The notes: generated by a model from the letters alone, not told the origin. A stretch of 63,049 nt of DNA, filler included, from Intoshia linei (GCA_001642005.1; 6 parts of 6 records of this genome joined end to end with filler, not necessarily neighbours in it), one strand, 5' to 3'. Positions 1 through 13,180 are shown, numbered from the whole stretch's first letter. Numbers and translations are program-made.

Positions 1-199
1 TGTGTTATTAATTTTTTAATTAAAAATCAAATTTTTTTATATATGCGACATGCGAAAAAAATTTTTGATCATGCTTTTAGGTACGGCGATTTTTTAAAAT
101 TTCATCTTAAACCACACAATAAAAATCCAATTCTACCATCACCTACTAACTTTTATTCCTATCTTACCAAATTTTATGAGCAACAACTTAATTCAAATA

Positions 200-370
200 A
201 AAAATCCTCTTTTTCCAATTTTTTTGGAAAATACAAAAGATGTTCCATCATTTTTCAATTAAAGCAATTCTTCTTGATATTTAATAGCAACTTGAGTTAT
301 ATCAGTAACAAATGGATTGATTATTTAGGTTTATATTTTCATTTCAATAATATCTTTAAAACTTATAATT
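200..370 (-). pseudogene. Degraded hAT (Buster/ZBED8-like) transposase fragment interrupted by the LTR element; continues to the right of 2240
   Basis: Joining the flanks across the ATGTC TSD reads KLKNDIIISFKDIIEMKI..IINPFVTDITQVAIKYQEELL*LKND, resembling the Buster-type 'RF.D....IP.WVINPF...QEEL.EL.ND' segment; contains stops and a frameshift. Bases ~15-85 are an inverted match to 13806-13870. Confidence 0.6.
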
Positions 371-375
371 ATGTC

Positions 376-473
376 TGTAATAAATATGATAATTATTTAA
401 AGATTCTTGAGTTATTGAGTAAAAATTAGTATCTCTATAACTTTAGTAAAATGGTATGTATAGAGATACTACA
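376..473 (-). repeat. 3' LTR (98 bp; 61 bp shorter than the 5' LTR)
   Basis: Matches 2082-2105 and 2159-2240; the missing 61 bp is bounded by ATTATTTA microhomology; 13-bp inverted arms at 427-439 and 459-471. Confidence 0.88.
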
Positions 474-482
474 TCTCCCTCC

Positions 483-2081
483 TTAAGATATTGTAATATT
501 GTTAGCATCTAGTATACTTTTGATTTCATTCATTACAAAATGATGACCAAAAGTTTCGTTGATAATTTTTATTACATTCAATAATGGAGGATTAAAATTA
601 TTTAACTCATTAACTTTGCTTATATTCAAAATATAATCCTTAAACTTTGTAGGTTCTATAGAATTGCGTTTATTTCGTCGTTTGAAAATTTTATGATCTT
701 TTGATTTTTTTGGAAGTATTGGCTCATAATTTTCATGATGGTAACTTTTTGATTTTTGTACCCTTATCATAGTTGTGTTTCATTCTTTCAATATATTTTC
801 GTTGATACTGTTCTATTATTTTAAATTCTATTGGTTTTTTTCCGTAAACTATTTCAATTGGAGATAAACCAGTTCTCTGAGATGGCAACATTCTAATACT
901 CGTGGAGACATGTTCTATTTTGGTATCCCAGTTTGATCCTTCTTCATTACACATTATGCGTAATTTTTCTCTAATTCCTCTGTGTAAGCGTTCTACTTTT
1001 CCTGTTTCTTCAAACTTCCCAATTGCTTAAGATTGCTTGGAATTTTTAATTTATTGATAGCTTTGATTTTATACGGATCAGTTCGAATTCCATTCTCATC
1101 TATAATTTTTCCAAGTATTTTTAATTTACAACTACCAATATTACATTTATTAGGTTGTAAATGAACACCAGCATCCGAGAGTCGATGAAAAACTTTTTCC
1201 AAATCAGTTTCGTGGGTTTCTTTGTCCGGGGAAGCTATGATAATATCATCCATATATATGGTCACGTTATTCAAATCTCCTAATAAATCATCCATAATTT
1301 AATATTTGGAGTAGGATAAGAATTAGGTTTGGTAATTCCATTGAGTTTACGATAGTCTACTACAAATCTGTATTTACCATTTTACTTTTTAATTAACATA
1401 AAAGGAGAACAATAACTCGAACCTGGGCATCTTTATTATTCCGTTTTTCAGCATGTCTTTTAATATTTGTTCTGCCTCATTTTGAAGGTTGAGAGGTACT
1501 GGGTATATTGGACATTTGGTGACTTTATGATCGCCAATTAATTCAATTTTGTGTTGACTATTTTTAATAGTACCAGGTGTTTAATTGAAAATATTTTTAT
1601 AAACTTGAGTTAATTTTAAAAATTTCGAATTAACATAGTTTATTTTATCCTCCGTTGAACTATCATCAATTTCGATAATATTAACCAGAAGACATATAAA
1701 TTTCAATTTTAAACTATCTCTAAGACCTAGTATATTTGATTTACATTTGGCAATAAAAAATTTAATTACTTCATTATTAATTTTAAATTCTACTATACCC
1801 AAATGATTTATTACTGTTCCATTTGCCGCTAATAATTTAATTGATGACGGAACTAGTTTTGGAATTGAGAAAAATTTTTGTAAGGCTTCACTATTGATTA
1901 AATTAACCGATGAGCCAGTATCAATTAATATGTCGGTGCTGACTTTTTCAGTATTGTACGTTAAAGTAATAGGTTCATGTAATTCGTAACTCAAATCGAT
2001 TTTCTCTGCATTTATTCTCCAAATTGATAAAGTTGAATTATTCTCTATTCTAGTATTCGAATTCTTTATGTTAAATAATCT
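483..2081 (-). pseudogene. Fragmented pol: aspartic protease, partial reverse transcriptase, partial integrase
   Basis: LIDTGSSVNLI (protease); YRFVVDYRKLN and IYMDDIII (RT); NWD..SIRMLPSQRTGLSPIEIVYG (integrase). Stops, frameshifts and deletions; no gag or RNase H visible. Confidence 0.9.
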
Positions 2082-2240
2082 TGTAATAAATATAATAATT
2101 ATTTATTATTTATTAAGCTAAAATACAATTAACATTTACATTTACAATTAATATTTACATTATTTAAAGATTCTTGAGTTATTAAGTAATAATTAGTATC
2201 TCTATACATACCATTTTACTAAAGTTACAGAGATACTACA
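2082..2240 (-). repeat. 5' LTR (159 bp)
   Basis: TGTAGTATCTC...ATTTATTACA on the minus strand; inverted arms at 2194-2206 and 2226-2238. Confidence 0.88.
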
Positions 2241-2623
2241 ATGTCATTCTTTAATTTTCTCTGGAGAATTTTAAATCTTAGGGATTAATATTGTTTTTTA
2301 CAATTGTTAATAAGAGTAACATAGTTACACTACTAAACTTCAATCTCCATACACAAAATATATTATCAACTAAATATTAATTACAAAATTTCATTAAATA
2401 CTTAATATATTTGCCATTATAATAAAATAAATATTTTTCAATTTATATCGAAATAATATTATAAAACTTTATAATTTGTATTATAAAGTGTATATTAATT
2501 GAATTTAAAATTATAATGTATACCGCCCCTAAAATCTCAAAACGCCCCAAATTTTGAAATCGCACCCATGACTGATATCGCCCCGTTGAAGACCCTTGGT
2601 CTAGAATCTACATTTGAGTATAC

Positions 2624-5600
2624 CTATATATATAGATTTGTCAGTCACCATATATTTATTGTGATTAACTCGAGAGTGCGGTATTAATTCTTGTTCTTTA
2701 CTATTTATTGGTATAATGAATGTTTTCTAAATTATTAATTAAATATTTAATAAGTATGATTACTTTTTTATTTTTAAAATGACACCTTGAAAAAATACAT
2801 TCTAAAAATTCAAATGTGATACAATGTTCACATTTATTAACAAAAACTATGAATTTATATTTTATGGGTTCCTTCGTAATTCAAATTTCTGTATAGAAAA
2901 TTTCTGTAAAATGGCTCATTTCATTTCTCATACTCATGTACACTGTAGATCAGGAGTTCACAATAATTTTTTCAGAAGGCCCACATTTTATAAAATTTTA
3001 CAAAATAATTTAGAACCATCACGGGCACAATTTTTATTTTATTGTTAGAAACTCTATGAAAAAAAAATTTTCAAGAGGATACCAGGTTGCGAATAACTGT
3101 TGTAGAATCTACACAATTTCAATTTAGTTAAACACTGTTATTAAATCAGTGGTTTCCAACTGATACAACTTCGCCATCCACAAATGAACATACAAATGTA
3201 CATTGTACATGTAATTTAAAATTGATTTCATATAACAGGGCCCTCACCCTTTGGACGGTTGGGCACATTTCATAATATTAATAGTTTCGTGGACACCAAA
3301 TTTATCATTACTAGAAATTAATTTAAAAAACTCAATTTTTTTTTTTGGCCCGTAAAACTTTTTTATTCATCAATTTCATCGCAGTGGATAATGGCTACTG
3401 TAAATGAAGCAAAAATTTTTATTTTTATATTCTTCCATTAAATATTATTACTACTTGGATTCCGTTAATTTCATTTAAAGATTTCCAAAATTGAAAGCAA
3501 ATATGATCGGAATATTTCCATTTACTAACAAGTAATTTAACTTCCACATTTCGTTCTATTGCAGCTTTTCTTAAGGCGTCATCAAAATATGGATAGAATC
3601 TAATTTTGAGTTAAAATTTAAATGTTGCTCTAATATAATTAAAATTAAACACGTTATTTTTAGATTTTCCATAAAGAAAGACTGGACAATAGTCCATTAC
3701 GGCAATATAAATATATTTCTCGGCATAAAGAATTCCACATAACAATGAATCGATATCTGATTGAATATTTGAAAAGCCAAAACATAGCGGAGATGACTAA
3801 ATTTTTATAAAATGTAATATATAATATATTCAATATGGCTATTCTATTTTAGACTTTTTTAAAATGTAAAAAAGATTTATATTATTAATTATTATTAAAT
3901 TGTCACTGAATTAATTACAATTCTGTTTTGATTGACCTGTTATATCAACCTCAAAAAAAATGACCTAACGTTCATTTTTTGAAGTAACGAATATTTTTTA
4001 AGAGTGAAACTGAGACAGCATAAAATGGCTGGGAAACACTGACATAAACTAACTAAGAAATATAAAATAAAAAACAAATCAAAAGACACGGGTTTTTTGG
4101 ACCAAAATGAAAACTATTTAAGTCGCTCTATTAAATGGAACTACCAATATACAAAAAAAATCAAAAATGAAATAACCCTAATATTCAGTTAATATTTGTT
4201 ATTATATTATTTATATTATTATTATTATTAGTTAATATAGTTATTAATACTATTTGTGAAAAACAAATATTTCCCTAATTAAAATAAAATTTAAAAATTC
4301 ACTCCAATATGCACAAAAAAATTAGGATATTCAATCGAATCTTTATCAAACTTTTCATAACAATAATATTCATTTTTGTTTACTAATAAAAAATTATGAA
4401 TATATAAAATAAATTTAAAATTTAAATATTCTTGACTTACATACATGGTTAGATTCCAAACATTTTTCATTGCTATTCAAATATTTATCTTGTTTGATAT
4501 CGTGTGAAATATTGTCCATGGTCTGAATGGGGTTAGCATTTTTAATATATTTGTCAAAGATGTGAGTAAATTTTTGGACAATTTTAGGACAATTTTGACC
4601 ATAAACACCTAGTTCCTTTACCTAAAAAATAATCCATTTTACAGTTTTAGTTAATATAAGTATATAATAATATATATAATAAATAAATATATCATAATAT
4701 AATTAATAGTTAATATAATTAAGTTAAGTTAACATAACTCGAATTTACAGATTATACAGTCGCAGTTCATAAATAATGCATACTCAATTATAATTATAAT
4801 TACTAATCATATATTTTAGTCCTATTATTAATATTAATAATACCTGACTGAGAGATCGCCAATCCATATTTGCACTTCCAATATAAAAATTGTCATCCAC
4901 AATAATTAATTTGGTGTGTAATATCCCCAAACCATTTTTATTAACGTTTTTCATGTTTAACAAGTAAATATCTACATTGTCATTATTCATTTCCATTAAA
5001 TTGTATAATTCAGTAAGGTTTTGGTTTATCGAAGCATCATTTACAATTTCCAATTTAACATTTTTTTCTCGTATTTTGGACAATAATTTTTGGTAAATTA
5101 TGTCGCCCTAATTTGTTTTATAAGAATAAAAATAATGAATATATAACACTGAACAACACTCAAAAAACGATCTCATTAAAAAATATATGTTTTTATATAT
5201 TTTTTAGTTAAAAAAATTTATCTATACGATTTCACTATCGATATTATAATAATTACAACCGATGTGATAATAGCTAAATTCAAAATGGAATAACGATTTC
5301 TAATGTGATAACAATTTCAAGCGATACAATAACCATTACTTTCAATGTGATAGTGGGGTCTATTCAAAACTTCATATGTAAATATAAATAGAAACTTCGT
5401 TGAAACTAATAAAAATTATAACCACTATTATATGGGCCAAAATTTCTATTTTTCTACGTCAGTATTGAGTCATATCTAAAAATCCCCTTTTTCTAAATAC
5501 TGTTTTAATGAATTCTTGATATTATTTGATATAATAAATATATATATCGTATAGAATGTGTAAAACTTTCATTTATATTTTAGTTTAATTTTGTGTTTTA

Positions 5601-7018
5601 ATTATTTTTTTTAAACCAAACTTTCAAGAGGAGTTTTTTAAGATTTAATTTGAACCAAAATTTCAGGAGGGGTTTTTAAGAGTTATCTAAGTTATTTTGC
5701 ACGCTGTTATTTAACCCAAAATTAATCTGGTTTAAAATACACTGCTCAATTACTTTGTTTTGTTAGTGTAATGCTGTTTCTATATTGATATCAATTATCG
5801 TTCAATTGATAGATATAAAATTTTTCACGACGACCCCTCTTGAAAGTTTAGTTTAAAAAAAATTTCCTAAAAACCCCCCTTAAAAGTTTGGTTCAAAAAA
5901 AAACCTTAAAAAACCCTCTTGAAGGTTTTGTTAAAAAAAAATTTCTAAGAATTATGGAGCATATATATTTAATATTCATATTGTGATAAGAAATAGAAAT
6001 ATTTTAATATATCAAAAAGTAGATTTAAAGTTTTGTCAAATAATATTTCCTGCTAGTTATTTCGGTAACTACGAATTATAAATATCTATAAATTTCAAAT
6101 AATTTATTTATTTCACCCCTCTTCACTTTCTGAAGAAAATTAGTTAGATCGTCGTCAAAAAGTTGATTTGTGTAATCGTTTAATTCAGAGTTTTCTAATT
6201 TTTTTCGTTTACATTACACGGTTGTATGGAACAATTTAATTTTAAGTATTTTGGCTTTTTTAGTAATACAGTTTGTACAGTTTATATTTTGCAAAATTTT
6301 AAGGTTTGTCGAAACAATATTTTAATTAATGTGGATAGAAAAAAATGTAAGACAATTGTCAATACATTCTTCGGTGCAGTTCGGTTTTGACATTATAATG
6401 ATCATTGATCATAGTTGCTGAAACTTATCTCTGGTCCAATTCAGTGATCACTGATCAAAATTACAATTCTAGCCGAACTGTCCCGATTTGAAAATTTTTA
6501 ATTTGGAAGGTTGTCTCTATTTTCATGATCAGAATTGAATATTTTTTATCCTTCTTACTATTAATATTTTAAGAGTCCCATTGCACGTGTGAATCATTTT
6601 ATGATTCTTGATTTACATATTACACTTAAAATTACATAGTGGGTAGGATTTTTTATATAGTCTGTTTCTGAATTCAAATTCCAATAGAACGAAGCGATTT
6701 TGATAGAATTAACAGAATTATCAATTAAATAACTCCAAGCTTCAAACGTATTCAAAAATTCACCATCCGTTTTATTTAATTCGACATCTGACGGTATGGA
6801 TTCGACTATATTTAGTCTAAATTAATTTTTACAAAATTGTCTACTTATTTCTAATTTTATCTAAATTTATATAAACCATATATGGTATAAAATTTACACT
6901 GGTACTGAATTGATATAATAGTTTCTAATTGATGAATGTTTAAAAATAATTACCTACAGTTTTGACTGCGAATGGAGTATAGTAAAAACCAAACTATTAC
7001 AAAAATTGAAGGATACAT
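2624..7018 (-). CDS. PLD3: Phospholipase D3-like 5'-3' exonuclease; last exon(s) not found, probably left of the window
   Basis: Exons ~7018-6954, 6816-6636, 5107-4844, 4621-4445, 3796-3651, 3599-3452, 2726-2624. Hydrophobic N-terminus, IVESIP, SFYW, first HKD-type motif LHTKLIIVDDNFYIGSANMDWRSLSQ, AVMDY, second motif RVNHNKYMVTD. Confidence 0.92.
5603..5945. mobile_element. Foldback-like MITE with inverted arrays of ~35-40-bp subterminal repeats (PLD3 intron 2)
   Basis: Two units like AACCAAACTTTCAAGAGGAGTTTTTAAG on the left; three reverse-complement units (ACCCCTCTTGAAAGTTT..TTAAAAAAA) on the right. Confidence 0.6.
6371..6486. repeat. Imperfect ~115-nt inverted repeat (hairpin)
   Basis: TCGGTGCAGTTCGGTT...TGATCATTGATCA pairs with TGATCACTGATCA...AGCCGAACTGTCCCGA. 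Confidence 0.6.
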
Positions 7019-8187
7019 CTAAAATTGTTATGTAAGCATTATTTTTAAAATAAGTTCTTTTCATTTTACTGAGTTGTTAATATTTTACATATAATCAAAA
7101 TTTTAGACAATTTTACATTTCTGCAATTAATTGGTATTGTAGAACGGATTTGACTCTCAGATTGGACTGCAGAGAAGAATATATTTACATTAGTTAAACC
7201 TGATAATGTTAAACCCTTAAATATGAGACATAGCTACAATATATTGATCCAAGGCCCTAATATAGATTTAATCGCCTTTTTAAGTTTTTGGATCCGTCGT
7301 GAAGTCAGTAGTAATAAACTTAAAACTAAAAAAAAACTGATTCTTATTCTAAACTAATTCTTACATTTTGGAGAAAAAAAAATAAATTTGAACATTATTA
7401 TTTAGAATAGTCAAAAATTAAAATTGCATAAGTAACAATTACTCTAATTGCTATAACCACATTTAGATAAAGAAAGTTATTATTCAATTAAATAACGTGT
7501 TTAAAATAAACTTTAGGATTGTTATTTTAAATCGCTTTCCGTATACTTCTAAGTTCTTACTGCATAATTGTATGATAATACTTATTTTAAAATTTTAAAA
7601 AACAAATTTACCAAAAACTTGTATCAATAAACAGATATTCTGCTAATGAAAGTTTGAAATGTTAAATTAAAAAATAGTTTATTTGTGCCAACTCTGGTAC
7701 TGTATGGATTTACATTTCATTACATAAAATTTGAATTTTACAATTAAAATAAAGTTTTATTGTCAATAATATCTTGTAATGAATTCAGAATCGACAGAGT
7801 ATTTTTAATTTAAATTTAAATAAAGTAATATATATATATATATAGTAAATTTAAATAAAAATTATATAATTCATTTTATGATGTTTCATTTATTTTCTTT
7901 AACCTATCCCACCAATGTTCCCGAAATATAACATGTTTTTCTGGTATTGTTTGCTGTTCATTATTATTTGTGTACTATATATGATATATGTATCTTATCA
8001 GATCAATATTATTATCTATCATCCCTAGTAAAATTAATATGTTATATCCATTTGATCATGTTTCAGGTAATGATGAACTAAAATTAATGAAAATGTGTAT
8101 TTATTGAAACATTTTTATCGATAGCTATCGATAATTTATCTATTTGGCTATAGTCAGCACTGATTTACATACTGTTCAATGATTTAG

Positions 8188-11100
8188 CAACAAAAAATAT
8201 GATATTGTGGTTTTTGGAGCTACAGCTTTTACAGGAAAATATGTTGTACGAGAAATGCTGTTTAACAGCAAATATAATAGTTCAGTGAAATGGGCTATTG
8301 CTGGAAGAAATTTGGATAAATTGACATTTGTGTTGGAAGAACAAAAAATATACCTGGAAGGTAGTTGTTTAAATTTCTATTTTTTATAAAATTGAATCAT
8401 TTTATTTATCCGATGTGCATTGCACAATGTGCACAAATTTTATCAATATGCTATGCGATTTTTGTTTGTGTGTGTGTGTTCCACTTTATTGAAATAACTA
8501 TCAGTCTTAGAATTTTTTAAAGACCACATTTCAATTACAGTTTTTTCCGGGACGTATAATAAGATAAATTTCAACCTCCCAATTTCACATCTTACGTATC
8601 AAAAACCCCAGTTGTCCTTCTTTTTGAAAATCAAACGAGTTGGATAATTTAAAAAAATATATACGCTGATACGGATTTTAAAATCATAAACATTACCATA
8701 AATTTAAATGCTGATGCGGATTTTAAAATCATAAACATTATCATAAATTTAAATTTAAAAAAATACACTGATGCGGATTTTAAAATCATAAACATTATCA
8801 TAAATTTAAATTTAAAAAAATTATATTTTCAGAGCCAAAACCCCAAATTACCCTTCTTGTTTTAATGAAAACAGGCCTAGAATTACAACAAATTTACAGG
8901 TGGTACAGTTGTATCCTGTTAACACACACAAAAAATTTTAATCAAATAAGTGACGACTTCACGGTCAAAAAAGCATTTTAGTATTCATATATTTTTTTCC
9001 GAAATATATTTTATTAAAACAAAAAATGTGAATAATTTAGTCTGAAAATTTAAAAAAAACATTATTCTGATAGAGCTTATTCCAGTTGATATAAATACGA
9101 ATCTACGTATTCCCGGTGAAATAATAATTTTTAATATATTATCAACCAATATTTTTCAAATATTTCGATTAAAATAAAATGAAAATGCAAATTGATCTTA
9201 CAATTTCAAAAAAATGTGCATTGAACATCTACACATTTCCAATAAAGAAATATGGGTGAAAATCTATATAATTCATTCCTTCGGAATTTTTTATGTTAAT
9301 GTTATATTTTTTAAAGTGTATTTATTGTACATCTAATCTATTTTAGATAACGAAGGAATTAGTTTTTCAGACGTGGAAGTTGGTTTAATAACGGCAAATG
9401 TTAATGATTACCAATCTTTGCTAGAAATGGCCGGTAGTACGAAAATGATAATCAATATTGTTGGACCTGTATATTTTAATATATAATACTACATATATAT
9501 TATGTACTTTATAAAAAAAATTGGAAGATTGAGGTTTTGATATGTGATGTTGTGACCAAGTTATATTCTGCCAAAATCTAACTATAACGCTTAGTTACTA
9601 GAGTCAGATTATACATGTATGATGAATTCCTATGTATAATGTATAAGAATACATTTATAATTAATTTCATAACAGTTAATATTTTACTAAAGCTTTGCTA
9701 GAATCACCAAAACGTTTCTGTGAACCACTGATGTAAGAAATCCCTGTTCAATGTAAATAGGATAACTATTTATTGTTACCGATGTCCAAATTGTTTTTTT
9801 ATAATTACACAATTTAATTTTATTATTTTAAATTTAGTATAAAATTTATGGAAAATATGTTGTTAAAGCTTGTGTTGAAAATGGTACTCATCATTTGGAT
9901 TTATCTGGAGAACCTGGCGTACGTATTTCATATTATTAAGTTTCCTTCACTTTTCCCACCATTTCAATATCATATTGTTAACTAAATCATACACTTAGCC
10001 ACTGAGTCTTAGCCTAAGTGACTAAGCTAATATTTTCAAAATTTAAAAAAATATACCGTATCATAATTATGACTGAGAATTACTAAAACAGATGAAGGCA
10101 TTTCATAATTTGTATTTATCCGTTCGTCCATCATCGAAAACTCCTGTACCAGCATTAATAGCGTAACATCATTTAATTAAATTTACAAACATTTTGGTAA
10201 TTGATTGAATAGTTTCTTGAAGAAATTCAACTCAATTATAGCGATAAAGCTCTAGCTAAAAACTGTTACATTATTGGATCTCTAGGGTTTGATAGTGTTA
10301 TAGCAGATTTAGGACTTGATTATTGCAAGCGAAATTTTGATGGTATTATAACTTAATTATTCAATAATTTTTAAAATAGGAAAACTATTGGCTGCGGAAA
10401 GTTATGTATACTTTGGAGGCAACGAACAAGCAAATGTATTTTTAATTAAAAAATTCAATAAATTAAACATAGCGACCTTACTTTCACACAGGAACTTGGA
10501 ACTCTATTATCAATTCTATTAAATCTAATAACCAAAAAGAATTAAAAGCGACTCGACGCAAATTGTTTTCTGGTAAAATGAAATATGATGCAACTCCTTT
10601 AAAGAAAAAGTATTTTTAATTAATAATGAACTGTTATGTCCCATCTCTTTAAATACAGTGTTTATTAGGGTGTCACACTTTTTGGAAATTTTTTTACGAA
10701 TATACTCGGTGATATATTCTAAATATTTAGATTATAATCTAATTATACTTAAACTAGGTTGACTGTTATGTACTACGTACAAACATCACCTAGCTGTGCC
10801 GTGGGCACATTTTTATTCTAACAAAAAATATATTTTTGTTGAAAATCCTAATATTCACTATTATGAATCTTTTAAAGGAGTGGTTCCAAACTTATTTCAA
10901 GTGGAACCATCATATCACATTATTTTTTACTTTAAAGTGAATTATTCTATCTTAATTTTTTTCTTATTTTAAATATATCTTGAATAAATCTTTACCGATC
11001 TAAAATTTTTTTCGAAATATGCTTAAAATCAAAAAAGGTATAAACGTGAAAAATGGTTTCCCTAGAAAACAAAGCGGATATCTTAGTGGATATATTGAGA

Positions 11101-13180
11101 TGGGACGCTGATATATAAATTAAAATTATTATATGCATTGTTTTGATTTGTAGAAATATACACAAATCTACACGTGATCGTTACGCATTGCCGTTCATGG
11201 GTTCAGACAAATCAGTAGTTCAAAGAACATTACGTTATAACTATAAAAACAGTGGTGAAAATACAGTAATTTTAATATTTATACAATCAACTATTGGTTA
11301 AATGTAACTTTTAGATTCAATACATGCCGTATATTGAATATTCTCATTTAATTGTGGTAATATGTCTAATTTTTATGTTTACAATGATGTACATTTTAAT
11401 GCTTATTCCTGGAGGAGAATACTTGTTAAAAACGGTATACTTGATAATCTTGTGTATATTTATAGTTTATTAACATTTTGATAAATGAATCTACGTGGTT
11501 GTTAATGTATTCTATTGCCAGTCGGAATTTCCGACTAATATAATATCAACATACAATCAACCCCATTTTTATAATCATTAATTCCATCAATAATAATGAA
11601 TGTCAAATGTTCGCGATATGTCCCAATATTGAAAAATAATAAATTATATGAAACCGAAATACGAATAATACAAATAGTGTCTTAAAGAAATTACTGGTTT
11701 AACTAGGGTTGCCGACTCTGTCCAAAAAATTAAAGTCCGTGAATATTACTATAATTAAATTGAATTTTCACAATTTTACTCTTATACCCATAATTATAGG
11801 TTTTGATAAGATCTAATACGATACTGTAATAATAAAGAGTGGCCAGTGGCCACCCTCGTAAAATTCAATGATAATGTTTAATATTAATAAATATTAGTAT
11901 TATGTAGTATCGATACCTAATTTGGTATTATACAGTTACTGAAAACATGATTAAATTAAATTTTTTACATGACAACTACAAATAATGCGAATATTAAGTA
12001 CTGGACATGCCAAAATTTAACAACAGTTTAGCCAAAAAAAGTTGAATCTTTTTATGTAATTCCTTCGAGCGAAAAACATATTGAGACTGTTGGCATATAT
12101 TTAAATTTTTGTCTGGTCCACGCTTGGATAATATTAGTCAACAGGGTTCAGAACAATTTTATTTAGCTAACATCTAATTTAAATAAGTTTATCCATGGAT
12201 ATATACATTTTAGACCCATTAATTTTATATAAATATATATAAATAAAATATAATAATATATTATTACTTTATATTTATCAGTTTAGCCTATTTTCATTCC
12301 CAGTTTGACTATAAAGTATAAGTCCTTATTAATTTAATATGGAATTTTTCCTATAGAAACACCCTTGTTAACGTAATATAAGTTTTTGAAATAAAAACCA
12401 TTAAATGGTCATATTTCTTGTTATTGTGAGTTTTTGAATAATACAGGACCAAGTAATATACACAAAACATAATCTACGGGTCCACGGCAGTTTTTTGGGG
12501 TCCATAAATTATTTACATAAACAAAATAAAGTTAAAAATAATATTTCCGCAATGATAGTAACTATTTCTAATTAACGCCATCTAATTTAATATCTATTAA
12601 AAATTTAATTTGAATTTTTTCGTTTATACAAATTCGTTAAGAAAAAATAAATATTTAAAATTCCGTTAATAAGGACTTAGATGGTATTTCAATTAATATA
12701 TTAATCTAATTTTCAATATTATTAGTATCCAAGATTTTTTTCTTTTGGTGTATTTTCTGAAGAAGGACCATCTGAAAAAAGTGTAATTTAAAATATTAAA
12801 AAATACGATGAAAGAAATCATAGATTGCAAATACTTATATAAAAATGCATTTTAAACTTTACGGATCATCGGACGGTTCGAATAATGTCGATAAAATCAA
12901 ACACACTGTCGTTAGTGGTCCAAGTATTGATTTTATTTTTAATCTGAAAATTATTTAAAAATTAGATGCGGGGTACACTGGAACTGCAAGTCTCGTTGTT
13001 GCAGCAGCATTCACTATTTTGGAAGAAAATGTTAAAGATATTAAGTAATTTTTGTAATCATAAATATTTAATTTTAAATTATTTAGAGGTGGTGTCTTAA
13101 CACCTGCCGTGGCTTTATCAAATAGTTCATATATAGACAGAGTGGAAAAAAGAGGATTCAAATTTAGTCTTGTGGAATAA
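8188..13180 (+). CDS. SCCPDH: Saccharopine dehydrogenase-like oxidoreductase; first exon unresolved
   Basis: Exons ~8188-8360, 9347-9468, 9838-9918, 10213-10342, 10380-10435, 10473-10609, 11154-11265, 11315-11434, 12726-12782, 12824-12923, 12966-13044, 13087-13180. Motifs YDIVVFGATAFTG, WAIAGRN, VGPY, DLSGE, GFDSV, PFMGSDKSVV, GGVLTPA. Confidence 0.93.
8400..9260 (+). mobile_element. Non-autonomous dispersed repeat, Helitron/Helentron-like, with a (GT)n tract and an internal tandem triplication
   Basis: Direct copy at ~47480-48031, inverted copy at ~39780-40455, fragments at ~16955-17050, 36178-36250 and 53400-53458. Three ~45-57-bp tandem units at ~8660-8820 correspond to one unit in the 47670 copy. 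Confidence 0.6.
10754..10950 (-). mobile_element. Helitron-like 3' terminus (hairpin + CTAG); other copies at 52481, 53559-53610 (+) and 61213
   Basis: The 53559 copy reads GCTGTTTGTAC-GTA-GTACAAAACAGC hairpin followed by CAAGCTAG|T; four copies end at the same CTAG. Confidence 0.6.

Larger units (their letters stand above)
376..2240 (-). mobile_element. Internally deleted Ty3/gypsy LTR retrotransposon with both LTRs and a 5-bp TSD
   Basis: TG...CA ends; ATGTC at 371-375 and 2241-2245; polypurine tract AAGGAGGGAGA (484-474) abuts the 3' LTR; PR-RT-IN domain order. Confidence 0.92.

Noticed and set aside
43-429. 128-aa plus-strand ORF
   Set aside because: Antisense to the hAT relic, runs into the LTR and has no recognisable motifs.
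8660-8820. Repeats as a possible CRISPR array
   Set aside because: Head-to-tail tandem units without unique spacers, inside a eukaryotic dispersed repeat.
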